From contig OX597823.1 of the NCBI GenBank assembly GCA_951406725.2, forward strand, positions 72,292,001 through 72,356,000: a stretch of 64,000 nucleotides of DNA, read 5' to 3'. The notes under the pieces are model-generated. The model was not told where the DNA came from. It ran no database searches and was given only the letters and a program-made list of their open reading frames with translations. Each line of letters starts with the position of its first letter. Positions within the stretch are counted from its first letter, which is position 1. The translations under genes were made by a program, and so were the position numbers. Below are positions 26,100 to 40,264 of this stretch, piece after piece. This DNA is from Octopus vulgaris. Taxonomy: Eukaryota.

Positions 26100-27204
26100 C
26101 TGCTCGAATTCGTCTGATTCCGGACTGTATGCAATTATGTGCTTTGACTACAGCACTAGAGCATGTTGCTTTGTTACGTTGCAATATTGGTAATATTTTG
26201 CCTGTCCTCTATTCCCAGGCGATTTCCTGCCAGTTTGTTCGTTATTGTTAGAAAGGAATTCAACTTTCACTTAGAAGTTTCTGTTAGCATAACTTCTAGT
26301 ATTCTATCGAGATCTTGGTCCATTTAATGCTGTTCATTAGTTTTACTCAATGTTCGTTCTCTGATTTGTTGGACATGGCTCTCTTGAGCAGTATTTGGTG
26401 GGTCCTGCCTGGGGCCTTCATGTGACACAAATATATATACACCTTCATAGGAACAGTGACTTAAATAACTAGAAAATCAACCGATTATTTTCTATCATAT
26501 AATATTATACATAGATTTCAGTAATACCTTAGTAAATGATAATTACACATTACTAATGAAAGAACCATCAAAAGAATAACAATTTCAGTAGACAAATAAT
26601 AAATCTTATTGTAAAATACTCCACACCTGAGTATTTAAAGTGTTTATTGTAGCAAAGTGAAGCACGGAAATAATAACGGAAAGTAGAGAAGAATAGAAAC
26701 TCAAAGTTTACATTCAGTATACAACTGTAAAGTTGTGCAAAGCATCGCAGGAAACTGTCAGCAACAAAACCATATTGTCACTGTCAAACATTGAAATCAG
26801 TGAATTCATGGTTATGTATAAACATCTGAATACAGTTGAGGAGGAGATAGTAAGAGGTATAAAACAACATAGATATAAAATTATATTTCAAATCTAAGAT
26901 ATGTAGTATTCAAATGCAACATCAATTTCAAGCAGTATAAAAGTCTCTTAGACTAGATAACAGATGTAAATACTTGCCAATATGAATATACGTATACAAT
27001 ATACACATATACACATATCCACATATACACATATCCACATATACACATATCCATCCATTCATCCAGCCACGCAGATATACGTGGATTATACATACATACA
27101 TGCCTACATACATACGTACATACATACATACATACATACATGCATACATACATACATACATACATACATACATACATACATACATACATACATACATACA
27201 TACA

Positions 27205-27670
27205 TGGTGGTGGCTGCCCCCTCGTTATCGAGTATGGTCATTGCACGAAGCTTGCACAGATTCAATCCCACTCACTAAGCAACAGCAGCCATAATCCGAA
27301 AAGAAGAAGTCAACATCATCGGTAACCACTGAGCCGCAGAATTTATGTCGGAGTTATCCCAGTTACCTGAGTTACCTTCTCTTAGAAGGATGCCCTAACA
27401 AAGGCTATGAGTCCTTCACTCCCAATGGTTTAACTGCGCGATCGGGTATTCAGTCCGATTATTTCTATGTCCCCGCGCATGATACAGCCTTAAGACATTT
27501 ATTGGATGGCCGTTGACGGGTTTTGTCTTTCATCCCGCAGGGTGTCCAATAAACACCCTCCTCACCAAGCAAGCTTGGTGGGGTTGCCGGTTTAGTCGTC
27601 GACGACCCGACCATGCAACAGGTTGTACTGGGTTACATGTTACCAGTAGCACTCGAAAGTGACCTGACAT
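27205..27670 (-). mobile_element. Probable non-autonomous RTE-related element inserted in (TACA)n
   Basis: GC-richer island. The minus strand ends ...CCATACTCGATAACGAGGGGGCAGCCACCACCA, which resembles an RTE 3' tail with a short repeat. Confidence 0.45.
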
Positions 27671-27693
27671 ATACACATACATACATACATGCA

Positions 27694-27727
<34 letters not shown>

Positions 27728-27785
27728 CATACATGGATACATACATACATACATACATACATACATGCATACATACATACATATA

Positions 27786-28035
27786 TATGACGTTGTAGCT
27801 AGGACACTCTATAATGAATTCCGCCGGAAGGATTATCCCAACGACAAAGAAATACAAACCGACAATATGGTAGAAGCCATAGCCATACATAATGAAAAGG
27901 AATATTGGTGGGATGTGCCAGTGAAGACCTCAATAAATTATAAGCACAACAGATCTGATATAATGATTTGGGATAAAGAAGAGAAACTGTGCAGAGTTGT
28001 GGAAATTACCTGCTGTTAACATAAAGGTGAAGATC
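27786..28035 (+). mobile_element. R4-like RLE fragment beginning at a (TACA)n tract
   Basis: YDVVARTLYN...YWWDVPVKT..KHNRSDIMIWD..KLCRVVEI. Confidence 0.8.
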
Positions 28036-28049
28036 ATATAGGTTGGAAA

Positions 28050-28710
28050 TCTGTCCTGAAAAGAGCAAAATCCTGGTTAATGATAACAAACAAAACACTG
28101 CAACCAAGACCATACAAAACGGAGAAAGACTTGATAAAGTGGACATCTTCAAGTACCTAGGATTCACTTTGACCAAGGACAGCAGATCTGAAAAGGAAAT
28201 ACAAAACTCAGTTTAGCCTTTGCTGCCATGACAAAGCTGAACAACATATGAAAAATCAGTTCTATTAGTTTTCCTACAAGAACCTGGTGACTTCGATCTT
28301 TCTGTAAGATGAATCTAGGCATTTGAGCACAAGTGCTTCAGAAGGTTATTAGTCTTCTCGTACACAGAGCACAAAATGAGTAACTTTGTCAAACAGCGAG
28401 CCAATAAATATGTTGGCAGACAGGAACCACTCCTAGCACATGTAAAAACACGAAAGCTTGCTTGGTACGGTCACGTATCCTGCCGCAACTACCTGCCCCA
28501 AACCATTCTTCAGGGCACAGTTGAGGGAGGGCGACAGTGAAATCCCTGGTTTGGCAACATTAAGGACTGGGTAGGTCACAACACAGTGAACCTGCTACGC
28601 ATGATAGAGAACAGAGACCAGTAGCGACAGCTGACTATGAGAGCACCCAGAATGTCTTTCCAACGACTGTCTGCATCAATTAAGAAATCTTGATGATAAT
28701 GATGATGTTC
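28050..28710 (+). mobile_element. RTE-like LINE 3' fragment
   Basis: VDIFKYLG, AFEHKCFRRLL, RKLAWYGHV, KTILQGTVEGGR and WFGNIKDW, ending in a (GAT)n tail. Confidence 0.8.
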
Positions 28711-29245
28711 ACATACTGAGGTAGGATGCATTAACTGCTGGCTAGGAAAGAAATGTTTATTTACAGAACGATTATTATAAAAATATATTGTAGTCAGACA
28801 TTTATAATATATGTTTCCATTATGCGTCAGAACTTTACATCTGATAGAATTTTTCTAACATAGCTTCTATTTTAAGGGCATTTCCTGATATTTCTAGAGT
28901 TACAGATTGTGTTGTTCATGTTAGTTGGACCACTAATAGTTAATTACAGGAACAACATGAATGCAATAATAGTGCCCATTTGCACGGCAGCAAAGTTAAT
29001 GGCTGATATGCTATTTACATGTTCATAAATATTATCATCGTGAATATTATCATTAAAAATAATTGTGCACATAATCTAAAGTATGGAAGACTATTGATAA
29101 CTTCTTAGCTCACTTAAACTCTCAAATTAAAGTGAATTTTACTATAAACGTTGCTTTGCTGTTAATGTTATTTGTTAAGCGAGATGCTTATTCGTTTCGC
29201 CACCCCCCATACTTAATTGCAGCAATATTACCAACTAAATTAAGG

Positions 29246-29443
29246 AGGTAAGCTGGCAGAATTATAAGCACGCCGGGCAAAGTATTTCGCGGCAATTTGT
29301 CTATCTTTACGTTCTGAGTTCAAATCCCGCCGAGGACGACTTTGCCTTTCATTATTTCGGAATCGATAAAAAAAAGTACCAGTAAAAAAGTACGACTTAC
29401 ATACTTCCTTTAACTTTCTGGCCTTATCCCAAAATTTGAAACC
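29246..29443 (+). mobile_element. tRNA-derived SINE with ~20 bp TSD
   Basis: AGCTGGCAGAA...GTTCAAATCCCGCCGAGG..ACTTTGCCTTTCAT, flanked by AATATTA(C/T)CA(A/G)CTAAATTA(A)GG repeats. Confidence 0.8.
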
Positions 29444-29466
29444 AATATTATCAGCTAAATTAGGAG

Positions 29467-29531
29467 CAGCAACATCGAGCTTAGTTAGTACTTAGATGGG
29501 TGACCAATCGGAAAACCTAGGTGCTGTAAGC
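29467..29531 (+). pseudogene. 5S rRNA 3'-half pseudogene fragment
   Basis: AGCAACATCGAGCTTAGTTAGTACTTAGATGGGTGACC...GGTGCTGTAAGC matches the eukaryotic 5S box C region and 3' end. Confidence 0.75.
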
Positions 29532-29545
29532 GTCACACATTCATA

Positions 29546-29695
29546 GACGTAGGTGTGGCTGTGTAGTAAGTATCTTGCTTACCAACCACATGGTTCCGGG
29601 TTCAGTCCCACTGCGTGGCACTTTGGGTAAGGGTCTTCTATTATAGCCTCGGGCTATAATGGATTTGGTAGACGGAAACTGAAAGATGCCCGTCG

Positions 29696-29742
<47 letters not shown>

Positions 29743-29965
29743 GTGTGTATATGTTTATGTGTCTGTGTTTGTTCCCCCAACATCGCCTGACAACCGATGC
29801 TGGTGTATTTACGTCCCCGTAGCTTAGCGGTTCGGCAAAAGATTCCTATAGAATAAGTACTAGGCTTATAAAGAATAGGTATTTGTGTCGATTTGCTTGA
29901 CTAAAGGCGGTGCTCCAGCATGACCACAGTCGAATGACTGAAACAAGTAAATGAGTAAAAGAGTA
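29546..29965 (+). mobile_element. CORE-type tRNA SINE with internal (TA)n
   Basis: Head ...GGTTCAGTCCCACTGCGTGGCAC and tail CTTAGCGGTTCGGCAAAAGA...CTAAAGGCGGTGCTCCAGCATG. Confidence 0.88.
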
Positions 29966-31012
29966 TAGGTACTAAATATTTGACGATGTATTTATGCTTT
30001 GGTGGGAATTTTTTTCTTAGATATTAAAACGAAGTTTGTGGTATGTGCGTCCAAATTTGCAATGAAAATGGGGGTATAATACGAGGTTATGTATCTCTTC
30101 CTAATTTCCTTAGTATAAATTTTATATTTTTTGCTTCATGTATTACCGTACGCGTGATTAGAATTTTTGTTATAGCTTTTGTAATGGATTTTATTGATAT
30201 TTCTAAGTTTAAAAGAGTTATAGTTCCTATGTATATTATTTGATACTATCGCGTCTAATTCCAATATTTTTCCTTCACAATATCAATATCGTTACTATAA
30301 TATTTATTTTATGCTAAAAGTTATAGGTCCAATTATGGTAATTTTAGCAGTAGTATCAATAAATTTGGACGTGTTATTACTCTTACCTTAATGCTAGCAT
30401 ATTTAACAGTAATTTAATGAATATACCAATTTCAAGGTTATTTTTTTTATATCTTCATATGGTTGTATGTTCCTGTGATTATAATTACTTCTTTGTATTC
30501 GTATTATTGCAAGTTTTCCTTTTGCTTGTGACTAATCGTATCTATATAGTGTTAGGTACATAATTTGTGTCTTCTATGCAATCACCCCTTCTAGATTCAA
30601 TGCATTGTTCTGAGACGTTTTCTCATTAGAAGATATTTTGTAAATTCCAGTAGATGCATTCTTAACAAAATTATTAATTCTGCATGAATTACAAGACGGT
30701 GGTGAGTGAAATTTTGTAAATAGAATTATAAACCTTCACAGTATTCTAACTATAGAAAATAGTCTAATATTCGGGCTTATCAACTCGCGTAACTGAAAAA
30801 TTAGACAATATTCTTATTTTCGCGATAAGAGTGTTCACCAATTACACCGACATACCTACCCTTTTTTCCGTAAAAGTTTTCGGAACTATGAATTCATAGC
30901 GGTAGATATGTAAACATGTGCGAATTCTTAATCAATTAGGAGATGGTAGTAGTTGTAGTAGTAAAAGCCTTTTGAGTGAATTTGGTAGACGGAAACCGAA
31001 AGAAGCTCGTTG

Positions 31013-31110
<98 letters not shown>

Positions 31111-31188
31111 TTAGGGAGTATAACTCCAAACTTACAGGGAAAAATTCAATTTAGTATTAAATCAAATTTCACAGTATAAATATATAAA

Positions 31189-31581
31189 ATATATAAAAAA
31201 GTAAGGTTGTGTGTCTGTCTCCTACGATTTAGATTCATAACTACTCCCACATTTTGCGGTGCAGTGTAACCAAAACCGGGTATCTTATAGTCGTCATTCA
31301 TATCGAGCCCTTCTGGGTATTAGCGCGCGTCTACGATGAGTCTACGATTTAAAAAATAATTTACCATCATTTTTTTCCATTTTAATGCATTTTTTCGCTA
31401 TTATATAAGGGAAGTAACTCTCTAAAAATGTCTACGATGAGTCAACGATTAAAAAAAAAATTACCATATTTTTTTTTCCATTTTTAATGCATTTTTTTTG
31501 CTATTTTTGGCTATAACTCTCTAAAAATGGTTTATAGTTATTTCCCTTACAAACCCGAGCAACGCCGGGCGATACTGCTAG
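31189..31581 (+). mobile_element. Non-autonomous Helitron
   Basis: 3' GC hairpin CCCGAGCAACGCCGGG followed by CTAG|T, a TATATAAAA 5' region, and an internal ~100 bp tandem duplication. Confidence 0.8.
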
Positions 31582-31676
31582 TAAAATATAAATTAGAGAT
31601 AAAACCACTATAATGCAACTCAAACAGTGTTTATGTCTATCAATGTTTGAGTTGCATAATAGTGGTTTTATGTCTA

Positions 31677-31739
<63 letters not shown>

Positions 31740-31741
<2 letters not shown>

Positions 31742-31908
31742 TGTGTGTCAGTGTTTGTTCCCCCACCATCACTGGACAACCGATGTTAGTGTTTTTACGT
31801 CCCCGTAACCTAGCGGTTCGGCAAAAGATACCGATAGAATAAGTACTAGGCTTAGAAAGAATAAGTCTTAGGGTCGATTCGTTCGAGTAAAGGTGGTGCT
31901 CCAGCATA
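31740..31908 (+). mobile_element. 3' half of a CORE-type SINE; the 5' remnant is at 30965-31015
   Basis: Matches 29760-29920. Confidence 0.75.
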
Positions 31909-31913
31909 ACAGT

Positions 31914-31949
<36 letters not shown>

Positions 31950-32690
31950 GCATTGAAGATTTTGAAAAATGTATGTAAGCTGTTTTAGAGTCACTTAATA
32001 GACGACTGGCTATAATTATGTACTTCTAGGAGAGCATCATTGCTGTATAATCCACCACCTATGTCCTGATATTCAGCATTTAATTGATAGAGTAGGAAAG
32101 ACAAACTAAGTCGATGGTGTTTGCAGATAATTAAATTAATCGATTGCTTTCTATGTAATTTTATTCGTGTTTAAACGCGAATGCATGCATACATACATGC
32201 AAATATACATAAATACACACATACGCACACACACACATATACGCACATACATATGTATACAAACGTGCACAGTCATATAAATATGTATGAATACGCAAAA
32301 GAATACAAACATACACACATATATGCACACATCATACATGGATGCATGCATACAGAGAAACTTACGTACTCGTAACCTGAAATTAAAAACTAAAATACTT
32401 GTGAATACATACCAATTTATACACACATAACGGCCACTTACGCATATCCGTTATTAGATACCCTCCAATTTAAATTTGATTTTATAGTAGTAGATGACGA
32501 ATTAATTTTAACTTGTAATTAAAAATGGCCTCCAATCACATAAGCATAGGAAAGACTTAATAGTTTTAAAAGTTCTCATCTGTGAATCATTGTGAGTGCT
32601 AATAGTAATAAAATCAATTTTAAAGGAGAGTCCATTTAGAAAACCTAACGGAATTATACGATGTATTCAGAAAAATGTTTAATCACTCAC

Positions 32691-32899
32691 TTGTATTCTG
32701 AGCCACGTATTTGGTAATATCTGTTGAAGTTTTTCCAGTATCTCGTTCGGATGAAGAGACAACTAATTGTCATGTACAGTTTTATATTAGGCAGAAGTAG
32801 ATTCTCTGATGTAATTATATATAAATGCATTTCCAAACAGAGTAATACCAGAAGGAGAAATGTCAAATGGCTTAAATAGCCTTCTTCTTTGAGCATCAC
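32691..32899 (-). CDS. Possible host exon, unidentified
   Basis: Unique sequence ending in a strong AA|GTGAGT donor. The ORF has a hydrophobic N-terminal stretch, but no homology was recognised. Confidence 0.25.
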
Positions 32900-33744
32900 T
32901 GTAATATCATTCGTTCTTTTCCAGATTTAATTAGTACACATTTTCTTACAAGCCATTAGTTACACATCATTTTTAATAGGAATAGTGCTAAGTTAAGTTA
33001 CAGGTGCACTGATGATTTGGCCTCTGTGCCTACTAAAAGAAAATTAACGCGCACAGACAGACAAAATTCGTTACAACAATGCAATTTCCTGACTACTGAA
33101 AGGTAAATGCAGAAAACTGTTCCATACTGTAGAACATTCTCCAAATAAAACAGTGTTATTGAGTTGTCTATTGGTTCTCTACCTCTCCTCATCTTCTGTG
33201 CATGATTGTGTTTATGACTTGGTATGTGTGTGTATGTGTGTGTGTATTTACGTGTATGTGTGTGTGTTTACGTGTATGTGTATTGTGTGTGTGTGCGTGC
33301 GTGCGCATTCGAATATACTTGAATAAACAGGATGTGAAACATACCAGGCGTTAATTCGAGATCGCTAAGCAAAGCAGTTACTATGTTTGGTTTCAAGATA
33401 CGTCATACTATATACATTACGTATCATACTTGTAATTATTCATCTCTAATTAGGTATTGTAATTAATCATGAACTATATAATAAATATTCAGTCTTTAAA
33501 CGTATTGCATTGCTCACGTGTTTCGAAATCATTTCGTCCGAGAAAGAATATTTTTCCGTGATAAACAAGAAAGAATATTACCCTTCAATTCTGTGTTTGC
33601 GATAATCCTTAAAAGTAGTTGTAATGAACGTATTACTAATCACGAATCAAGAAAAATAAAACGTGAAAAGAAAATGTCATTTATACACTTCTCAGACGAG
33701 ATTGATAAGGAAGACCTCACGGACACTAAATACTGACTTCAAAT

Positions 33745-33950
33745 TTGAGCACAAGGCCAGAAAGTTTGTGGGGAGTGGTTAAGTCGATTACATCGTTCCC
33801 GGAACTCAACTGGTACATATTTTATCGAACCCGAAAAGAAAAAAAAGGCAAAGACGACCTCAGCGGAATTTGAAATCAGTACGTAAGAACGGACGAAACG
33901 CAGTTAACCATTGTGCCCGGCCTGCTAACGACTCTGCCAGCTCGCCGCCT
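33745..33950 (-). mobile_element. tRNA-derived SINE, same family as 38272-38503
   Basis: Reverse complement starts AAGGCGGCGAGCTGGCAGAGTCGTTAGCA. Confidence 0.82.
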
Positions 33951-34333
33951 TAAAGAAACCAACTATTAACCTCAAATCTAAAGTGTAGATGCGAGGAAAA
34001 GTTTGAAATGACCGAAAATTCGTTAGTATTAAGGTCAGGGGCCGCCCTGGATGTAATACTAAACTAAGTAATTTTGGCATCTAGTCAATGTACATGCAAG
34101 AATACTACCTCTACTAGACAGAAATCGGGCGGTCCTGAAATCTTATCATCTTCCACGAGCAATCCAGTATTAGCAATTTTCTCACTCCGTATTAGACCCG
34201 AATGTCTTCCACTGGTTCTATGTAAACAGGCACAGCTGTCTAAAATGCCTTTTTGCATGTTATCAGTTTATCTATCAATGTACAATTCTATCTCTGACTA
34301 CCTATCTATCTGTCTTTCTCACTCTCTTTCTCT

Positions 34334-34801
<468 letters not shown>

Positions 34802-34844
34802 TTAGGTAGTATACACACACACATGTATGTATATATTATTTACC

Positions 34845-36560
34845 AAGGATTATTCCCCATAAGTGTGGGTAGCCACAATAAGACACACACCAGGCATTCC
34901 ATCTATTTCCCAGCTCAAAGAGGTATGCCCCAACCTATGCTTGGGTCAAGGCATAGAAAGCAAACCCTGGTATCATCAGCGGGGTCTGACGGCATATGCT
35001 GGCTTACCCCCGCCACAGTATGCTGGTTCCGTACCCCTTTAAGCAACATAAATTCAATCATCCGTCCTTTCATTAATAAACTCTCTTACCTCTCTCACTC
35101 CAACATCTCTAACCATCAAAGCTTTCTTCTCTCCATCCATCCACCCACACAAACGGGCGTCTGCCTCTGGTTCTGCTGCCTACCAATTTTGCCTTCATCA
35201 CCTTCCTTACCATCCGCTCCTCACCCATCCTTTTCAGGTGACCAAACCACCACAAAATTCGTCTATCCATTCTGGTACATAGATTTTCTCTAATTCCTGC
35301 TCGCCTTCGCACCTCCTCATTCCTCATCTTGTCCACCCGTGACACACCAATAACCCTCAAACACCTCATCTCAAACACATCTAATCGCCTCCTTTCCGCC
35401 TCTCTCAAACCGCACGTCCCTGCACCATATAACATTGTCAGTACAATCATGCCCTCATACACAACTCTTTTCGCTTTCATACTCAACCTTTTATTTCTCA
35501 GCATACCTTTCACAGCTCCAAGTATCTTACTCCACCCCTCACTCTGTATCCCACCTCAGCAGCCAACTCCCCATCCACCGTCACATGTCACTCCAGATGC
35601 TAAAAAACACTCAACTCCTCTAACATTTCACCATTTATACTCACATTCATCCTACCATCCATTTCATCTCTCGAACATGTCATCTTAGCTACATTCACTT
35701 TCAGTTTCCCCCTCTCACACACTCTTCCAAACTCTACAGCAGTCTTCTGAGTTGCTGTCCCGAATCTGCCACCAGTGTTGTATCATCAGCAAACAACAAC
35801 TGACCTACTTGGCATTCCTCTCCATTTTCCCCCACCATTTGGGCTCTCCTTCCAAAGATTCTAGCATTTACCTCTCTCACCATAACATCCATATATAGAT
35901 TATATATATAGACACAACCCTGTCTTAACCCCACCTTCACATCAAGCCACTCACTTCACCACCCACCCTAACGTACGCCCTACTTTCCTCTACAGAAACT
36001 CTGTACAGCTCTCAACAATCGCAACACCTGCCACGTTGCATCCCTTTCCATACGGTCATATGCCTTCTCTAGGTCCACATAGGCCCAATATACATCCCTC
36101 CCTTTTGCTAAAAGCTTCTCACACATCTGCCTTACTACAAATATCTGATCTGCACACTCTGTTCCACATCTAAAACCGCACTGTTCCTTCCCCCAGTATA
36201 TTCTTTGTCTGGTTCCTCACCTTTATAATCATAATTCTCACATACAGTTTACCAACCGCAAGTAACATATTTATACTCCTAAAATTCCCCTTGAATAATG
36301 GCACTATACAGACACAGTAACCAGTCCTTTGGTACTCTTCCATATAACAAACATTCATAAGCCTCACTAACCATTCAATTACTGTCACTCCTCCTTTCTT
36401 TAGGCATTCCACCGTACACACATCTATACCTGGCGCCTTCCGATTTGCCATTTTCCGCAAACATTCCCTCAGCCCCTCTCTTCCAATGGCACCGTAGTTC
36501 CATTTCCCATCAAGAGGCCTTCTCCTCTATCCCCCTACAGCGACAGAACTTTCTATATTC
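34845..36560 (-). mobile_element. Decayed RTE-like LINE (RT domain to 3' UTR)
   Basis: KAPGID, VGLRQGC, LLFADD, FEMRCLR and WFGHLKRM in the ORF track. Confidence 0.9.
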
Positions 36561-36711
36561 TTTAGGAAGCAGCTCCAGATTTCCATTAGTTAGAAACAGA
36601 AGGGAAGTTACATACACACATACATACATACATACATACATACATACATACATACATACATACATACATACATACATACATACATACATACATGCATACA
36701 TACATGTATAC

Positions 36712-37175
36712 ATAAAAACCTCACTAAAATGTAAACACAATAGACCTGATATAATGATTTGGGAGAGAGAAGAGAAACTGCGATGTGTACAGTTGTGAAA
36801 TTCAGCTGCCCAGCGGATGTTAACATAAAGCTAAAGAACAGCGAGAAAGAGAATTCCTACACTGAACCATTGAGTATTCTGCTGTTACTCTATCCAGATT
36901 ACAAGTTCAGGTCTATACCTGTAATTATTGGGGTAGTGTGTTATATAGATATGTGGGATATATAACACGCTGCCTCAATACCAATCTTTAGAAATTGGGT
37001 TTCTCAAAATCAGAAAAGAGAAAGCTGATTCTAAGACTACAGATTCAAGCCATCACCGGAACTGTAAAAATCTGTAAAACTTTCCAGAAATTTATTAGCT
37101 CAGTATATATGATCATGTCTGGTTATGCAAGTATATGCATGAAAATTTATACATAAAACAAAACATAAAAATCTG
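36712..37175 (+). mobile_element. 5'-truncated R4-like RLE element bracketed by (TACA)n
   Basis: KHNRPDIMIWEREEK, SCPADVN and PVIIG. The 3' UTR runs into CATACATAC. Confidence 0.8.
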
Positions 37176-37290
37176 CATACATACATACATATATACATAC
37201 ATACATACATGCATGCATGCATACATACAAACATACATACATGCATACACACATACACACATAACTAGATAGAGAGATAGATAGACAGAC

Positions 37291-37345
<55 letters not shown>

Positions 37346-37930
37346 CAGACAGATAGATACATACATACATACATACATACAGACAGACAGACAGAAATAA
37401 CTTGCTGATGTTGTTGGTTCTAGGTTAGAAACCGGCACTTGATTGGCAAGATATCTTGAAATAAAAGTGAATGACATATATACATAAAAATACATAAATA
37501 CATACATACATACATACATACATACATACATACATACATACATACATACATACATCTTCTATTCCTAAGCATTTAAAATCGAATGAACTCTAAAGTGTTC
37601 AGTAAATGTTCCAGGATATTTTCGCGTGCACTTTTATAATAATGAGGCAGACTAGTTCAGCACTTATCGTGTTTGGATAACTGTCAATTGTTATAGACTA
37701 CTGACTTAGTAAACAGAGAATGGTTAATGTTTCTAAAATGAATATGTAATAATACCCAAAGTAAGTGCTACCGATCTAAATTTCATGCATATTTAAAGCA
37801 TACACAATGCATATTAAATTTTCGTTGCATGGAGACGAATCTGTGTTGTACAATAATATGTATACGCACACACAGACACAAACGCACCCCCCACACTCAA
37901 ACATACGCACACAAACACACACACACACAC

Positions 37931-37976
<46 letters not shown>

Positions 37977-38271
37977 TTGGGTGCGCGCGCGTATGTGTGT
38001 GCGTATAAAAATGTGTGTTTTTGAACGCTAAAGCAAGTGTAGTATAGATACTAATGGATTGGTTGTCAGATAAGTGAGAACTTCAATTCTTCATCCAGGC
38101 TGTATGTATGAAACCTAAATATATGTGTATGTGCGTGTATTTGCTTGTTTTTATGCTTTTATAATGTGTGGTTGAAAAACGTCAGGGGATTTGTTTGTAT
38201 AATATATTTACTGTAGCCCTTATAAAATATTTTCAAAATAGAAAGAATTATATTGGTTTGTAGCTTTCATA

Positions 38272-38503
38272 AGGCGGCGAGCTGGCAGAAACATTAGCAC
38301 GCCGGGCGAAATGCGTAGTTGTATTTCGTCTGCCGATACGTTCTGAGTTCAGATTCCGCCGAGGTCGACTTTACCTTTCATCCTTTCGGGGTCGATAAAT
38401 TAAGTACCAGTTACGCACTGGGGTCGATATAATCGACTTAATCCGTTTGGCTGTCCTTGTTTGTCTCCCTTGTGTTTAGCCCCTTGTGGGTATTAAAGAA
38501 ATA
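38272..38503 (+). mobile_element. Well-preserved tRNA-derived SINE
   Basis: A-box-like TGGCAGAAAC, B-box GAGTTCAGATTCC, and central GAGGTCGACTT..CCTTTCATCCTTTCGGGGTCGATAAA..AAGTACC. Flanked by the TSD-like TTTGTAGCTTTCATA. Confidence 0.9.
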
Positions 38504-40055
38504 GATTTGTAGCTTTCATATTCTTTTCAACATTTTAGCATTGTAGTTCGTTATTACTTCAACTGATCAGGAAATTTATTAGGGCAGAGCGTTTGTTTTA
38601 ATTCCGATGTCATTCACTGAATGAAGGAAAGACGTGCCACCTCATAGAAAATGAAAGTATCAATCGTTAGAGATATTTCACAATTAGGGGAGTGGCTACT
38701 TCATTTCCTGTAACAAATGTGCCTATAAACTATAAAACAGCATTCTACCACGTTAAAAGATAAGGTCAAATTTTACAATGAAAGACTTAGACGGGATGTG
38801 GACAACTAGGATAACTATGATTACAGGTTAGCTGGTGCAAGGCTGACACAGGGTCATTCAGCAACAACATTATAGAAGGATGAGCAAAATATCTTGAATT
38901 CTGTAAATGTATTCCATAAATACATTTGGTAATGTTTACGTTCATTTTCAGATTCGGTTAAACACATTTTCCACCGAAAATTGAAAAGTAAATTATTCGA
39001 TATTAAAAATCGACAGACATAAATTTCAGTGACTACTTCAGGAAGTTTTACAAGATTATTTGAACAAAAATGTAGAATTCAAGGCTTTATTTAAGGCAGA
39101 ATAAAGAGAGTGGAGAGTGGTGCAAACTAATAAATCGATAGTAGAAAACACAACTTGGAGTAAATGGATTTAAAATTATCGGATAATCATGTTAGAAAGA
39201 TAGAAAATGGAAATTAGATTATGCATAAACATAAATTATATTATCGTAAAGCATTTAATTACAGCAGAAATGTTTGTTTGTTCAGAAACAAAGAATTAGG
39301 CAAATGTTATTAGAAATCATAGATAATAAAATGTGTGTATATATGTGCCTGTTTATGTAAGTATATGTATTTATATATATATGTATGCATATGCATAAGT
39401 CTATAAGATTACACACACACATATACAGACACACACACATACGCACATATATAATGACTGCAGGAGTTATACATGAAATATTTCAAGTTTTATAGTGTAC
39501 CGTATAAAGATCCGGTGATCGAACATGACACTTAAAATAGCTCATGTATAATTCCTATATTCATTAAATGAAGTTTTTCTCTTGTAATATTGTGCATGTA
39601 TTTGATGATCTAACAGCACGGTACAATATACATATATATCTCTGATACGTATATATCTCTGGTTCGGCTACGTGATGTTGGTAAGCCACAAAAATGACAA
39701 AACATCGATGTCCACCTCTCTTGGATGGGATTAGAGACGAGTTATCTTGCCTCTCTGCATGACGATTTGAGAGAGAGAGTATTCACGGCAAATTCACTGT
39801 GCATGTATGTTAGGTATATGTGGTTGATAATATGTGTGTGTGTGTGCATGTGTGTGCGTCTCTGTATGTACGCTTGTATGTATATATGTATGTGTATGTG
39901 TGTGTACGTATGTACGCATGTACGGATATACGTATGCATGTACGTAGGTATAGTGTATATAGTTACGTCCGTACTTCTATACAACTTAGTGCTATTTTGT
40001 ATAAATCAAAATATCCGAAGTTGATGTCGAAACAAAGACAAACACGACAGAATTA

Positions 40056-40264
40056 CAGTAATCCCTCGCCATATCGCGGTTCACCTATCGCGGTTTATTA
40101 TTTAAGCTTACGTCGATTCCTCCGTGGTGTTGTTTGCATTTATTATAAAATAAATATACACAAATTATAAAAACAATAAAAAAACACACAGTAGTTTCTC
40201 GCGGATTTGCAACTATCGCGGTGGTTTTTGGGACGTAACACCCGCGATAGTCGAGGGATTACTG
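40056..40264. mobile_element. Tigger/pogo-type MITE
   Basis: TA|CAGTAATCCCTCG...CGAGGGATTACTG|TA. Confidence 0.9.

Noticed and set aside
33003-33055. CTGATGA...GAAA hammerhead-like spacing
   Set aside because: Stems I and III do not pair in register, so it is compatible with chance.
37400-37440. CTGATGT...GAAACCGG motif
   Set aside because: The core and stems are incomplete. More likely a retroelement 3' UTR hairpin.
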